Program-made: the position numbers and the translations under genes
Assembly (NCBI GenBank): GCA_016183365.1
Contig: JACPES010000003.1
Location: 539,154 to 588,265 of the forward strand
From: Candidatus Collierbacteria bacterium
GTDB taxonomy: Bacteria; Patescibacteriota; Microgenomatia; UBA1400; JACPES01
Direction: 5' to 3'
Length of the DNA: 49,112 nt
Shown: piece after piece, positions 41,343 to 49,112 of the stretch
Position numbering within the stretch: position 1 is the first letter of the stretch
Layout of the letters: the number at the start of each line of letters is the position of its first letter
Notes under the pieces: generated by a model
What the model was told of the DNA's origin: nothing
Databases searched by the model: none
The model's input: only the letters and a program-made list of their open reading frames with translations

Positions 41343-42143
41343 CTAAGGTTTTTTATTGTTGCCAGAGAAGCTAACCTCAAATTTTCTCAACAATAACAAG
41401 CCCATGATAACCATCGATCCCGAACTCGCCTGGGCCATGTTAAGTTCAATTCCGGACGGTAAATTCAATTGCCATACAAATTCCGCCGGCCTCAAAAAAT
41501 CCAACCAAAATCTTCCCACTCCATACCAAACTAGATAAAAACCGGTGAAACTTCTTTTTATCCATCCCAATTTGTTTGTTTTCTCCGCTAAAAACATCAA
41601 TCCAAATCCCAACAGCATCCACAACGCTTCATAAGCGAATAGGGGATGGAACCAACTGAATTGTTCATATCCTGACAAACGGTTTTTGGGTTCAATATAA
41701 ATTCCCCACGGCAAGTCAGTCGGCATTCCATAAACTTCCTGGTTGATAAAATTGCCGATTCGGCCGATGGCTTGTGCTAACGGCAAACCGAAAAAAGCTA
41801 TATCAACGAGATGCTGGAATGAATGTTTCAATCTGAAATTTGAAGTCTGAAATCTGAAATATAGCGCTAACCCAATAATTCCGCCGATCAGTCCGCCAAT
41901 GATGCCCAAGCCGCCATTCCAAACATAAAACGCGCTTATAGGATTAAGTGAATAAATTTCGTTCCACAAATCCAAAACATGATAGATTCTAGCGCCGATT
42001 AAACCGCTGATAAGCGCCCACCAGGCAACTTTCCAAATAACCTCCTCTCCAATTCTCCGCCTCTTAGCCAGCCACGTCGAAGCTTGCAGTGCCGCTAAAA
42101 TTCCAACCCCGATTATCAATCCGTACCAGTGAAGTCCGAACAT
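41343..42143 (-). CDS. lgt: prolipoprotein diacylglyceryl transferase
   Basis: N-terminal HWYGLIIGVGILAA and the conserved GRIGNFINQEVYG. It contains an in-frame word tract at 41829-41860 (RFQTSNFRLKH). Confidence 0.9.
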   Translation of the reverse strand: MFGLHWYGLIIGVGILAALQASTWLAKRRRIGEEVIWKVAWWALISGLIGARIYHVLDLWNEIYSLNPISAFYVWNGGLGIIGGLIGGIIGLALYFRFQTSNFRLKHSFQHLVDIAFFGLPLAQAIGRIGNFINQEVYGMPTDLPWGIYIEPKNRLSGYEQFSWFHPLFAYEALWMLLGFGLMFLAEKTNKLGWIKRSFTGFYLVWYGVGRFWLDFLRPAEFVWQLNLPSGIELNMAQASSGSMVIMGLLLLRKFEVSFSGNNKKP

Positions 42144-42296
42144 ACAATGAGTTTACCAGTTTGGTAAACTAGAAATCGGAAGTGAAGTGTTTAGAGACAA
42201 GTAATGGAAAGTGGTGACTGGTGTTTGGAGATTACCAGTCTCAAATTTCCAATCTCTATTACTGAACACTAAATCACATCACTCTAATCACAAATT

Positions 42297-42686
42297 ATGA
42301 AGCCTGACTTTGGCTCAATATTCACTCCTTTTTTCTGGATAACTATCACTTTCCTGGCGATTACCTACGGCCCGGTGCTTGCCGGCCGTCTAAAGGGCGA
42401 CATAAAATCGGCCGAAATCAAGCAACAGATTATTGATCGGTCTCCGCAGCCAATTAAATTAATTCTGGGCGACCAAACTCAAAGTCCTGATGACACTTTC
42501 ATCAGCCAATCCGTTAAACCGGCCGGGCAAATTTCAACCTATGTCAAAAATGTAATCGATGACGCCACTAAAGCCGTAATCGATAAAGGCTCATTCCAAT
42601 TAGAGGAAACTAAACAGCAAACCACCTCTTTGGTCTGCAAACAAATAATTACCGAGGTCCAAAAACAGTGCGGAATCGAACAATAA
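42297..42686 (+). CDS. hypothetical N-terminally anchored protein (129 aa)
   Basis: One hydrophobic N-terminal span. No family was recognised. Confidence 0.4.
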   Translation: MKPDFGSIFTPFFWITITFLAITYGPVLAGRLKGDIKSAEIKQQIIDRSPQPIKLILGDQTQSPDDTFISQSVKPAGQISTYVKNVIDDATKAVIDKGSFQLEETKQQTTSLVCKQIITEVQKQCGIEQ

Positions 42687-42735
42687 AAAAAATATTCGTG
42701 TCATTCGTATGCAATTAGCAGATTCGTATCGCCTG

Positions 42736-43401
42736 TCATCTGTGAGCGAATATTCCGACATAAAACGGAAATCTGCCACTGATACAAGCGTGGGTCCAGT
42801 CGTTGGACAGTTGGGCGTTGCGGTGGGGAGAGCTCGAATCCCATCCCCATTCGATAATTTGGGTCGCGATGGCGTATTCCGGTAAATAGGCCAAATTTTC
42901 AGCTATGGCCGGAAAATTAGTTTCCTTAAACACCGATTCATTAGCGGCATCGCGTTCAAAACCGGCGTGAGAATCAAGGGACGCTTCTCCTGATTTCAAA
43001 GTCAAATACCGCGTCTGATGTTCCTCAACTCTTTTTCTGGCATAAACGCACAAAGATTCCTCTTTAACCAGATGATTGCGATTTTGGGCTTGCCGGTAAT
43101 CCGCCAAAGCCTGCCACAATTGATCTTCGGAAATATGCGGTGGCGGAGTCGGAGCCCTGACTGTTTTCGTCGGACGGGGAATTGCCCCGTTTGGAGACAT
43201 AGTCGGAGTAGACAAAGATTGAGGAGCAATCCGACTTTGGGCCAATACTTCTAAAAAATAATTATGGTAATCCTGAAAAGATTCTAAAGTTTCCCGGCTG
43301 ATATCTGAATAAATTTTTAAATGGACAGCAACCGAAAATACAATCGACAAACCAAAAATAAAAACAAAAAACAGTATTCCGGGCAAAATTCGTTTTATCA
43401 T
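42736..43401 (-). CDS. membrane-anchored CAP/SCP (PR-1-like) domain protein
   Basis: N-terminal TM. The C-terminal domain contains SHAGFE ... ENLAY ... GWDSSSPHRNAQL, typical of CAP domains. Confidence 0.6.
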   Translation of the reverse strand: MIKRILPGILFFVFIFGLSIVFSVAVHLKIYSDISRETLESFQDYHNYFLEVLAQSRIAPQSLSTPTMSPNGAIPRPTKTVRAPTPPPHISEDQLWQALADYRQAQNRNHLVKEESLCVYARKRVEEHQTRYLTLKSGEASLDSHAGFERDAANESVFKETNFPAIAENLAYLPEYAIATQIIEWGWDSSSPHRNAQLSNDWTHACISGRFPFYVGIFAHR

Positions 43402-43409
43402 GACTTATT

Positions 43410-43486
43410 TGGGGTGGTGTACGGGAGTCGAACCCGCTAAAACTACCTCCACAGGGTAGCGCCTAAGCCGTTCGGCACACACCACC
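43410..43486 (-). tRNA. tRNA-His(GTG) with encoded G-1 and CCA
   Basis: G-1 opposite C73, acceptor GTGGTGT/ACACCAC, anticodon arm CTACC-CTGTGGA-GGTAG, T-arm GCGGG-TTCGACT-CCCGT. Confidence 0.9.
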
Positions 43487-43507
43487 ATATTATTTATATT
43501 ATATTTG

Positions 43508-43579
43508 TGCCGGTAGCAGGAATTGAACCTGCATCTTGTCCTTAGAAGAGACTTACTCTATCCATTGAGCTATACCGGC
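43508..43579 (-). tRNA. tRNA-Arg(TCT)
   Basis: GCCGGTA/TACCGGC acceptor, anticodon loop CTTCTAA, T-arm GCAGG-TTCAATT-CCTGC. Confidence 0.85.
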
Positions 43580-43829
43580 CCGTGGTGCTCCTGACGAGGT
43601 CTTAGCCAGACTGCCAGGATTCATTCAAGAATTTAGCTCTAATCCTATTTTACCAGATTTTTTTATACGAATTGGAGCCAGAATTAGCCTCAAAAATGCC
43701 CCAGACGGCAAAATAAGCCAATTTTGCCCCTTATTTTCCTTTTATTAACCTTCTTTTAACTATTGTTAAGTAAGCATTTTACCTGTACAATTATGCATAA
43801 TAGGAATTGTTATATAAAAGTGACCAAAA

Positions 43830-44024
43830 ATGCCAAAAGACGATAAAAGGTTGCCGGAATTATTGACTATTGCGCAGGTGGCTAAAATACTTAATGTCCA
43901 CCCAACGACCTTGAGGCGGTGGGATAAGAAAGGAAAGTTAAAAGCCATTCGTGTAGGCACAAGACGCGGTGTTGGTGAAAGACGCTATCACCGAGAAGAT
44001 ATTATTAAGCTAATAACAAAGTAA
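43830..44024 (+). CDS. small excisionase/MerR-type helix-turn-helix DNA-binding protein
   Basis: LLTIAQVAKILNVHPTTLRRWDKKGKLKAIRVG..RRY..EDI matches the HTH_17 / Xis-like pattern. Its stop lies 4 nt before the next gene. Confidence 0.7.
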   Translation: MPKDDKRLPELLTIAQVAKILNVHPTTLRRWDKKGKLKAIRVGTRRGVGERRYHREDIIKLITK

Positions 44025-44028
44025 ATTT

Positions 44029-47000
44029 ATGTATACGCCGAATAAATCAATTATTGATAATGACAAGATTAAGCTCTTTACCGAGTTAAAAAACATTCTC
44101 AATGACCAGCCAAACCATTTTGACGTTGCCACCGGATACTTTAATGTCGGAGGCTTTGAGCTTGTCGCCCAAGAGATTAAGGGAGTAAAGAAGTTTAGAC
44201 TTCTACTCGGCCATTCCCCCTCAGTTGATGATAAAGTTAAACCGGATTTATTCGAGCCAATAGCTTTTTATAAAACGAATTTACGCGAGGACTTAGAAAA
44301 CGAAGAATTCACCTCTAAAAAATCACAGGCAGTCAAAGACCTTATCTCCTTCCTTGAGAAGCAGATCGTTGAAGTAAAACTTCTGGAAAAGCCATTCTTA
44401 CACGGCAAGGCATATATTTTTGATGATCTGGCCATTATTGGCTCTAGCAACTTTACCTATTCGGGACTTGCCGGCAATACAGAGCTAAACGCAGTTCTTA
44501 TTGACCCTCACCCCGTTTATGTAAAGAAAGAGTGGTTTGATAAATTCTGGGAGCAAGCCCGCGACTTTAAGCAAGAACTTATTGAAATTCTCAAAAGCTC
44601 AAAGCTAGGCACAAGAGAATACTCGCCTTACGAAGTTTATATTAAAGCGCTCTATGAACTTCAAAAGAAAGAGCTGGAACCTACAAGCGTAGTAGATTTA
44701 GCAACATTTCAAGAAGACGCGGTTAATCGTGTGTACTCATCACTAACCAACTATAACGGCGTATTAGTTGCTGATTCTGTCGGTCTTGGTAAAACATGGA
44801 TCGCAAAGAAGGTTATCGAGGATTTTGGCTTTTATAGAAGACGCAAGTTCTTGGTTATATGCCCCGCTCAACTTCACCGAATGTGGCAGGGGGAGCTTAA
44901 AGATGTAGGTGTATCAGAAAACATTATCCATCAAGAATATTTAGGCGGTGAAGGCTTAGACTTTGAGGATTTAGAAAAACGCCATCAGATAAAGCTCTCC
45001 GATATTTCTCTTATCGTAATTGATGAATCTCACAATTTCAGAAATCCTATATCTAACCGCTACGAAAACCTCTTTTCCCTTATAGAAAAAATCCGCTCAT
45101 ACGGCAAAACTCCAAAGGTAGTTTTAATGACTGCAACTCCAATGAATAACACTATTTGGGACTTTTACTTTCAGCTTATGCTTATTGGTCAAAACAATAA
45201 GCGCATGTTTATTAAACAAGGAATTTTTGACTTGCAAAAAGAGTTTAGCAAAGCCCAGAAAGGAAATACCAACCATATTAACGATGTTTTACAGTCGATC
45301 TCCATTCGTAGAACACGCCAGTATATTAGAGAAAACTACAAAGACGCGAAATTCAAAACAGAATCCGGTGAGTATAAAAAAATTGAGTTCCCAGATAGAA
45401 AACTCGAAGAAGTACACTATTCTCTTGATAAAGCCTATGACGGCCTCTATGCTGAGATTTCGCGCAAGATAGAAGCCGATTTAACCCTTGCCTACTACAA
45501 ACTCTCCGAGTACAAAGTATCCGAGAAAAAAGATTTAGTGGAAGTCCACAGAGGACAGGCTTTAGCCGGTATCTTTCAAACAGTTCTTCTAAAAAGACTG
45601 GAAAGTTCAGTCGAGGCATTTCGTAAAAGCGTTAAAAGCCACAAAGAGTTCTTGGGTGAATTTAAAAATGTTGTCCAGAAAGGAAAAATCTTACGCAAAA
45701 AGTTCTTCCTAAAATATATAAACAGCTTGGATGAATCAATTGAGGATATAGACGGCTTGGGAGACTTTGGTAATAGCTTGGAAGATATAGACCTTAAAGA
45801 CTATGACAAAGAAAAGATGTTTGCTGATATTGACCAAGATATTAAAGTATTTTCAACTATTTATGAGGACATAAAAAATATAGATGAAAGCCAAGACGCA
45901 AAACTTATTAAATTTAAGGAACATCTAATCAAAAATCTCAAGAACGAAAAAGCAGTTATCTTCTCCTACTACTCCGACACTGTTAAGTATGTAGCTCAAG
46001 CATTAGATAAAGATGAAGATTTTAAGAAAAAGTACGGCAAGAAAATAGCTTTCGTTACAGGCGCTAACTCATCAAGCGAGCGCCAGAATATTATTGAAGA
46101 TTTCTTAAATGGTAAGACAAATGTTGTTATTTCAACCGATATTCTCTCCGAAGGCCAAAACCTGCAACAAGCAAAAACAGTTACTAATTACGATTTGCAC
46201 TGGAATCCGGTGAGAATGATTCAAAGAGCGGGAAGAATTGATCGTATTGGTACCCCTTTCAAAGAAATTATTATCTATAACTTTTACCCAGAAGATGAGT
46301 TGGAATCGCTCCTTGATTTAGTAGAAACCTTACAGAAAAAAATTATGATGATTAACGATACCATTGGTCTTGATGCCTCTGTTTTAGGTGAACAGATTAA
46401 CCCTAAAGTGTTTGGTATTATCCGAGACTTAAAAAGTGAGGAAGAAGAAACGAAAGATAAGACAATGGAACTTTTGGAAGCCGAACAGTTCGGTGGCGGA
46501 GAACTTTTTTTCCAGCCCTTGAAAAACTTTGGACTAGATAAACTCCCCACGTTTGCCGATGGCTTACCTCATGGAATACAAAGTGGACTAAAGAAGGGTT
46601 ATAGAGGCATTTTCTTTTATTTCCAGTATGCAGAGGAGTATCACTTCTGGTACCTGTACGATTTAATTGACAAAGAGTTTAAGACCAACAAAACAGAAAT
46701 TTTAGACTTTATAGCCTGCAAGCAAGTCGAGCGACGAGTTGTCCCCGAAGATTACGATGTTTATTCAGCTCACGATGAAGTAAAAAATCGTATCGCAGAG
46801 CTTTTTAATGAAACAAGGTTTGAGGTTGAAATGCGTACTCCCTCCGGCAAGAAAGAAAAGTTTTTAATTGATATGCGGGATGAACTAGAACATATAAAAA
46901 CAGAGGTTTTATTTGAAGAAGATCAAAAAGAAAGAACAAAAATAGAAGAAATTGTTACTAAGATAAACGAGGTCAACTTTACTAAAAAACGTTTGCAGTA

Positions 47001-47166
47001 TTTAAGGCGTTCTTGGCAGGCTTACAAAAAATCACATCAGAACTGGCGAAAACTGGTTGCAGAGCTTGGTGACTTTTTATCGGATAAAGTCGAGACGCCA
47101 ACTGAAGTTATTGAAGAATTCAACGAGAAAAAGTTAAAACTTATTTGTGTTGACTATATTTCATGA
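44029..47166 (+). CDS. PLD-family (single HKD) nuclease domain fused to an SNF2-family helicase (1045 aa)
   Basis: HKD motif HGKAYIFDDLAIIGSSNFTYSG (from nt 44401). SNF2 motifs ADSVGLGKT, VIDESHNFRN, LMTATPMNN, STDILSEGQNLQ and WNPVRMIQRAGRIDRIG. The ~250-aa C-terminal region is unassigned. Confidence 0.85.
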   Translation: MYTPNKSIIDNDKIKLFTELKNILNDQPNHFDVATGYFNVGGFELVAQEIKGVKKFRLLLGHSPSVDDKVKPDLFEPIAFYKTNLREDLENEEFTSKKSQAVKDLISFLEKQIVEVKLLEKPFLHGKAYIFDDLAIIGSSNFTYSGLAGNTELNAVLIDPHPVYVKKEWFDKFWEQARDFKQELIEILKSSKLGTREYSPYEVYIKALYELQKKELEPTSVVDLATFQEDAVNRVYSSLTNYNGVLVADSVGLGKTWIAKKVIEDFGFYRRRKFLVICPAQLHRMWQGELKDVGVSENIIHQEYLGGEGLDFEDLEKRHQIKLSDISLIVIDESHNFRNPISNRYENLFSLIEKIRSYGKTPKVVLMTATPMNNTIWDFYFQLMLIGQNNKRMFIKQGIFDLQKEFSKAQKGNTNHINDVLQSISIRRTRQYIRENYKDAKFKTESGEYKKIEFPDRKLEEVHYSLDKAYDGLYAEISRKIEADLTLAYYKLSEYKVSEKKDLVEVHRGQALAGIFQTVLLKRLESSVEAFRKSVKSHKEFLGEFKNVVQKGKILRKKFFLKYINSLDESIEDIDGLGDFGNSLEDIDLKDYDKEKMFADIDQDIKVFSTIYEDIKNIDESQDAKLIKFKEHLIKNLKNEKAVIFSYYSDTVKYVAQALDKDEDFKKKYGKKIAFVTGANSSSERQNIIEDFLNGKTNVVISTDILSEGQNLQQAKTVTNYDLHWNPVRMIQRAGRIDRIGTPFKEIIIYNFYPEDELESLLDLVETLQKKIMMINDTIGLDASVLGEQINPKVFGIIRDLKSEEEETKDKTMELLEAEQFGGGELFFQPLKNFGLDKLPTFADGLPHGIQSGLKKGYRGIFFYFQYAEEYHFWYLYDLIDKEFKTNKTEILDFIACKQVERRVVPEDYDVYSAHDEVKNRIAELFNETRFEVEMRTPSGKKEKFLIDMRDELEHIKTEVLFEEDQKERTKIEEIVTKINEVNFTKKRLQYLRRSWQAYKKSHQNWRKLVAELGDFLSDKVETPTEVIEEFNEKKLKLICVDYIS

Positions 47167-47169
47167 GCT

Positions 47170-49112
47170 ATGAGAACTCAATTAGACTTAGATGAATTTA
47201 TACCGACAATGGATACACCGGAGAAGGTGTACCAACTTTTTGATTCATTAGGATATAAGGTACTTGATTCTCGCCTCAAGACTAACCCATCTGTTTATAA
47301 CTTACCGGTTAAGGAAGCCGCATTAGTTGAGAAGATTTATGCAGTTTCAAATTATGACCGCCGTTTTCAGATTCTTTTATTTAAACTCAAAGAGGAGAAC
47401 AAAGAAGCAATCCGTACAATACCGGAGAAAATATTACGCGAGGTAGACTTCCCTTTCATTATCTTTACCCCAGATTTTAAGACTTACACTTTTACTCTTG
47501 TTGAAAAAGTCCGTGAGGGACCCGGAGAGTTTAAGCGCAAACTTACAAAACTTGTAATTGATAGCAGTCAGCCCTATCACACGGACAAAGAAATACTAGG
47601 AAGCCTTGCGCTATCTGTTGATATCAAAACCCCCGTTGAGGTTTATAAGTTGTTTCAAGGCGCTTTTAGCGTTGAGAAGGTCACTAAGAAATTCTTTACT
47701 GAATATCGGGAAGTTTTTGAAAGATTAGTAAGAGAAGTTACTAAACAAAATAACCACCTGAAATTTACGCTTTTTTCCAGAGATGCTTCTGTAGAAAACT
47801 TCGTCAAAATACTCTTAGGTCGTTTAATGTTTCTCTACTTTATACAAAAGAGGGGGTGGCTTAACTGCTTCGATGGCTGGGGTAGTGGTGATAAAAAGTT
47901 TCTTTATAATAAATTTCAAGAGGCAAAGAAAGAAAAGAAAAACTATTTTAAGGATTATCTCGAACCGCTTTTTTTTGACACTCTCAATAATCCTCGCCGC
48001 GATAAGCCGGATCAAGCTACACAGTTTGGCGGTAGAATCCCCTTTCTAAACGGAGGACTCTTTGAACCCGAATACGACTATCAAGATGTAAGAAATCACA
48101 TACTTTTAGAAAACTCAACTTTCGATGATGTTTTCTCGGTTTTTGAGAAATACAACTTTACTGTTAAAGAGGACGAACCGCTTGAAAAAGAAGTTGCCAT
48201 TGACCCCGAAATGCTGGGTAAAGTTTTTGAGAATCTCTTGGAAGAAAACTTACGCAAAGGTAAAGGTACTTACTATACTCCGCGAGAAATTGTCCACTAC
48301 ATGTGCCATGAAAGCCTTATAAACTATCTGGCTTCCGAAGTTAGCCTAGATCAAGATGTAATAAGGAATTTCTTGGATCGTGAGCAGTCCCTAGAAAAGA
48401 AGGAGACTTTAAGTTCTGTTATACGAGGAAAGGCAAAGGAAATAGACGAAAAATTAGCTGATATTAAGGTTTTAGACCCCGCCTGCGGTTCTGGCGCTTT
48501 CTTGGTTGGTATGCTCCACGAAGTTATAAACGCCCGCCTAAGTCTTAATCGGGAACTGGGGCGTAGTTTCTCCGAATACGAGCTGAAAAAGGCAACAATT
48601 CAAAATAATATCTATGGCGTAGACATTGATCCGGGTGCAACTGAAATCGCCAAACTTCGTTTATGGCTAACTCTAGTTGTTGACCACAATCTATCGGAAA
48701 TAGAACCTCTCCCTAATCTTGACTACAAAATTATGGTCGGTAACTCTTTACTAGATGAATTTATGGGGGTAAAGCTCTTTAATTTTGAGAAGGCAAGACA
48801 GCAACCTAATGGTAAAAAAGTGCTCAAACTTTTTGAGGATGACATAAAACAAGTTGAGTTGTTTGAGGAAGATAATAAATCCGGCGTCTTAAAAGCTCTG
48901 CAAAAATTACACGCTTTATACTTCAAGGAGTCCGATCCTGAAAGGAAGAAGCAAATAAGAATTCAAATAGACAAGATCGAGTTTGATCTTATTGAGACAA
49001 CTGTAAAAGATGAGGTCAAAAAATTAGAAGATGAAATAAGCCATATAACCAGCAATCCTATGTTAAAAGGGTTAGGTATCCCAAAAGAGATAGCAGATAA
49101 AATTATAAAAAT
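47170..49112 (+). CDS. PglX/Eco57I-family (type IIG/BREX-like) N6-adenine DNA methyltransferase, 3'-truncated by the window edge
   Basis: All 647 codons from ATG 47170 to the window end were read by hand with no stop. Motifs are GRLMFLYFIQKRGWL, IPFLNGGLFE, YNFTVKEDEPLEKEVAIDPEMLGKVFENLL, TYYTPREIVHYM, LDPACGSGAFL (SAM motif I), IYGVDIDPGATEIAKLRLWL and LPNLDYKIMVGNSL. The NPPY motif is expected beyond the window. This ORF is not in the supplied track. Confidence 0.85.
   Translation, partial: MRTQLDLDEFIPTMDTPEKVYQLFDSLGYKVLDSRLKTNPSVYNLPVKEAALVEKIYAVSNYDRRFQILLFKLKEENKEAIRTIPEKILREVDFPFIIFTPDFKTYTFTLVEKVREGPGEFKRKLTKLVIDSSQPYHTDKEILGSLALSVDIKTPVEVYKLFQGAFSVEKVTKKFFTEYREVFERLVREVTKQNNHLKFTLFSRDASVENFVKILLGRLMFLYFIQKRGWLNCFDGWGSGDKKFLYNKFQEAKKEKKNYFKDYLEPLFFDTLNNPRRDKPDQATQFGGRIPFLNGGLFEPEYDYQDVRNHILLENSTFDDVFSVFEKYNFTVKEDEPLEKEVAIDPEMLGKVFENLLEENLRKGKGTYYTPREIVHYMCHESLINYLASEVSLDQDVIRNFLDREQSLEKKETLSSVIRGKAKEIDEKLADIKVLDPACGSGAFLVGMLHEVINARLSLNRELGRSFSEYELKKATIQNNIYGVDIDPGATEIAKLRLWLTLVVDHNLSEIEPLPNLDYKIMVGNSLLDEFMGVKLFNFEKARQQPNGKKVLKLFEDDIKQVELFEEDNKSGVLKALQKLHALYFKESDPERKKQIRIQIDKIEFDLIETTVKDEVKKLEDEISHITSNPMLKGLGIPKEIADKIIK

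Noticed and set aside
41132-41380. 82-aa minus-strand ORF
   Set aside because: It is antisense to tRNA-Val and tRNA-Leu(CAG).
47824-48926. Three short ORFs from the track (47824..48015 minus, 48125..48322 plus, 48723..48926 minus)
   Set aside because: All lie inside the long open methyltransferase frame that starts at 47170.
1-49112. Alternative genetic code (UGA or UAA reassignment, as in some candidate phyla)
   Set aside because: All large conserved genes are intact under the standard code, and several end in TGA (for example the helicase at 47164-47166 and the TrpR-like gene at 1140). The single in-frame TAA at 11352 is isolated.

Overview
A 49.1-kb window from a compact, tightly packed bacterial genome that uses the standard genetic code. 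Long ORFs are intact and several end in TGA. Hand counts on a few 60-nt lines put core genes at roughly 40-47% GC. Gene content resembles a Candidate Phyla Radiation / Patescibacteria-type organism, but that is inference only. All protein calls rest on motifs read by eye; no database search was run.

The backbone is housekeeping:
- Sugar-phosphate and lower-glycolysis genes: PGM/PMM, PGI/PMI, ppsA, eno, gpmI.
- Acs and a two-subunit 2-oxoacid:ferredoxin oxidoreductase.
- rsmI, typA, secG and lgt.
- Glycogen genes: glgA, a GH57 protein and a DXD glycosyltransferase.
- A large UPF0182 membrane protein.
- lexA, uvrB, uvrA and uvrC, all within 10 kb.
- Nine intact tRNA genes plus one tRNA fragment.

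No rRNA genes and no CRISPR array were seen.

Accessory or unusual content:
1. A tRNA-adjacent, AT-richer defence-type module at the 3' end. It comprises an Xis/MerR-like HTH, a PLD(HKD)-SNF2 helicase fusion and a PglX/Eco57I-family adenine methyltransferase. The methyltransferase frame runs off the window and is missing from the supplied ORF track.
2. Two divergent 149-aa TrpR/YerC-like paralogs. Each is bracketed at its start codon and just after its stop codon by its own 24-34-nt palindrome. Orphan copies of one palindrome lie elsewhere.
3. A tRNA-Leu whose 3' end is repeated in a 100-nt tandem array. The array leads into a LAGLIDADG gene broken at two A8 runs, inside a tRNA cluster.
4. A decayed MNT-HEPN pair, a duplicated uvrA 5' end and an rve transposase remnant.
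5. A promoter-to-terminator candidate sRNA with a pseudoknot-capable fold, and a mini-ORF/attenuator-like leader.
6. Several families of small hairpin or word-type repeats. They occur between genes and also in frame inside ppsA, uvrA, uvrB, uvrC, the OFOR alpha subunit, lgt and the GH57 gene.
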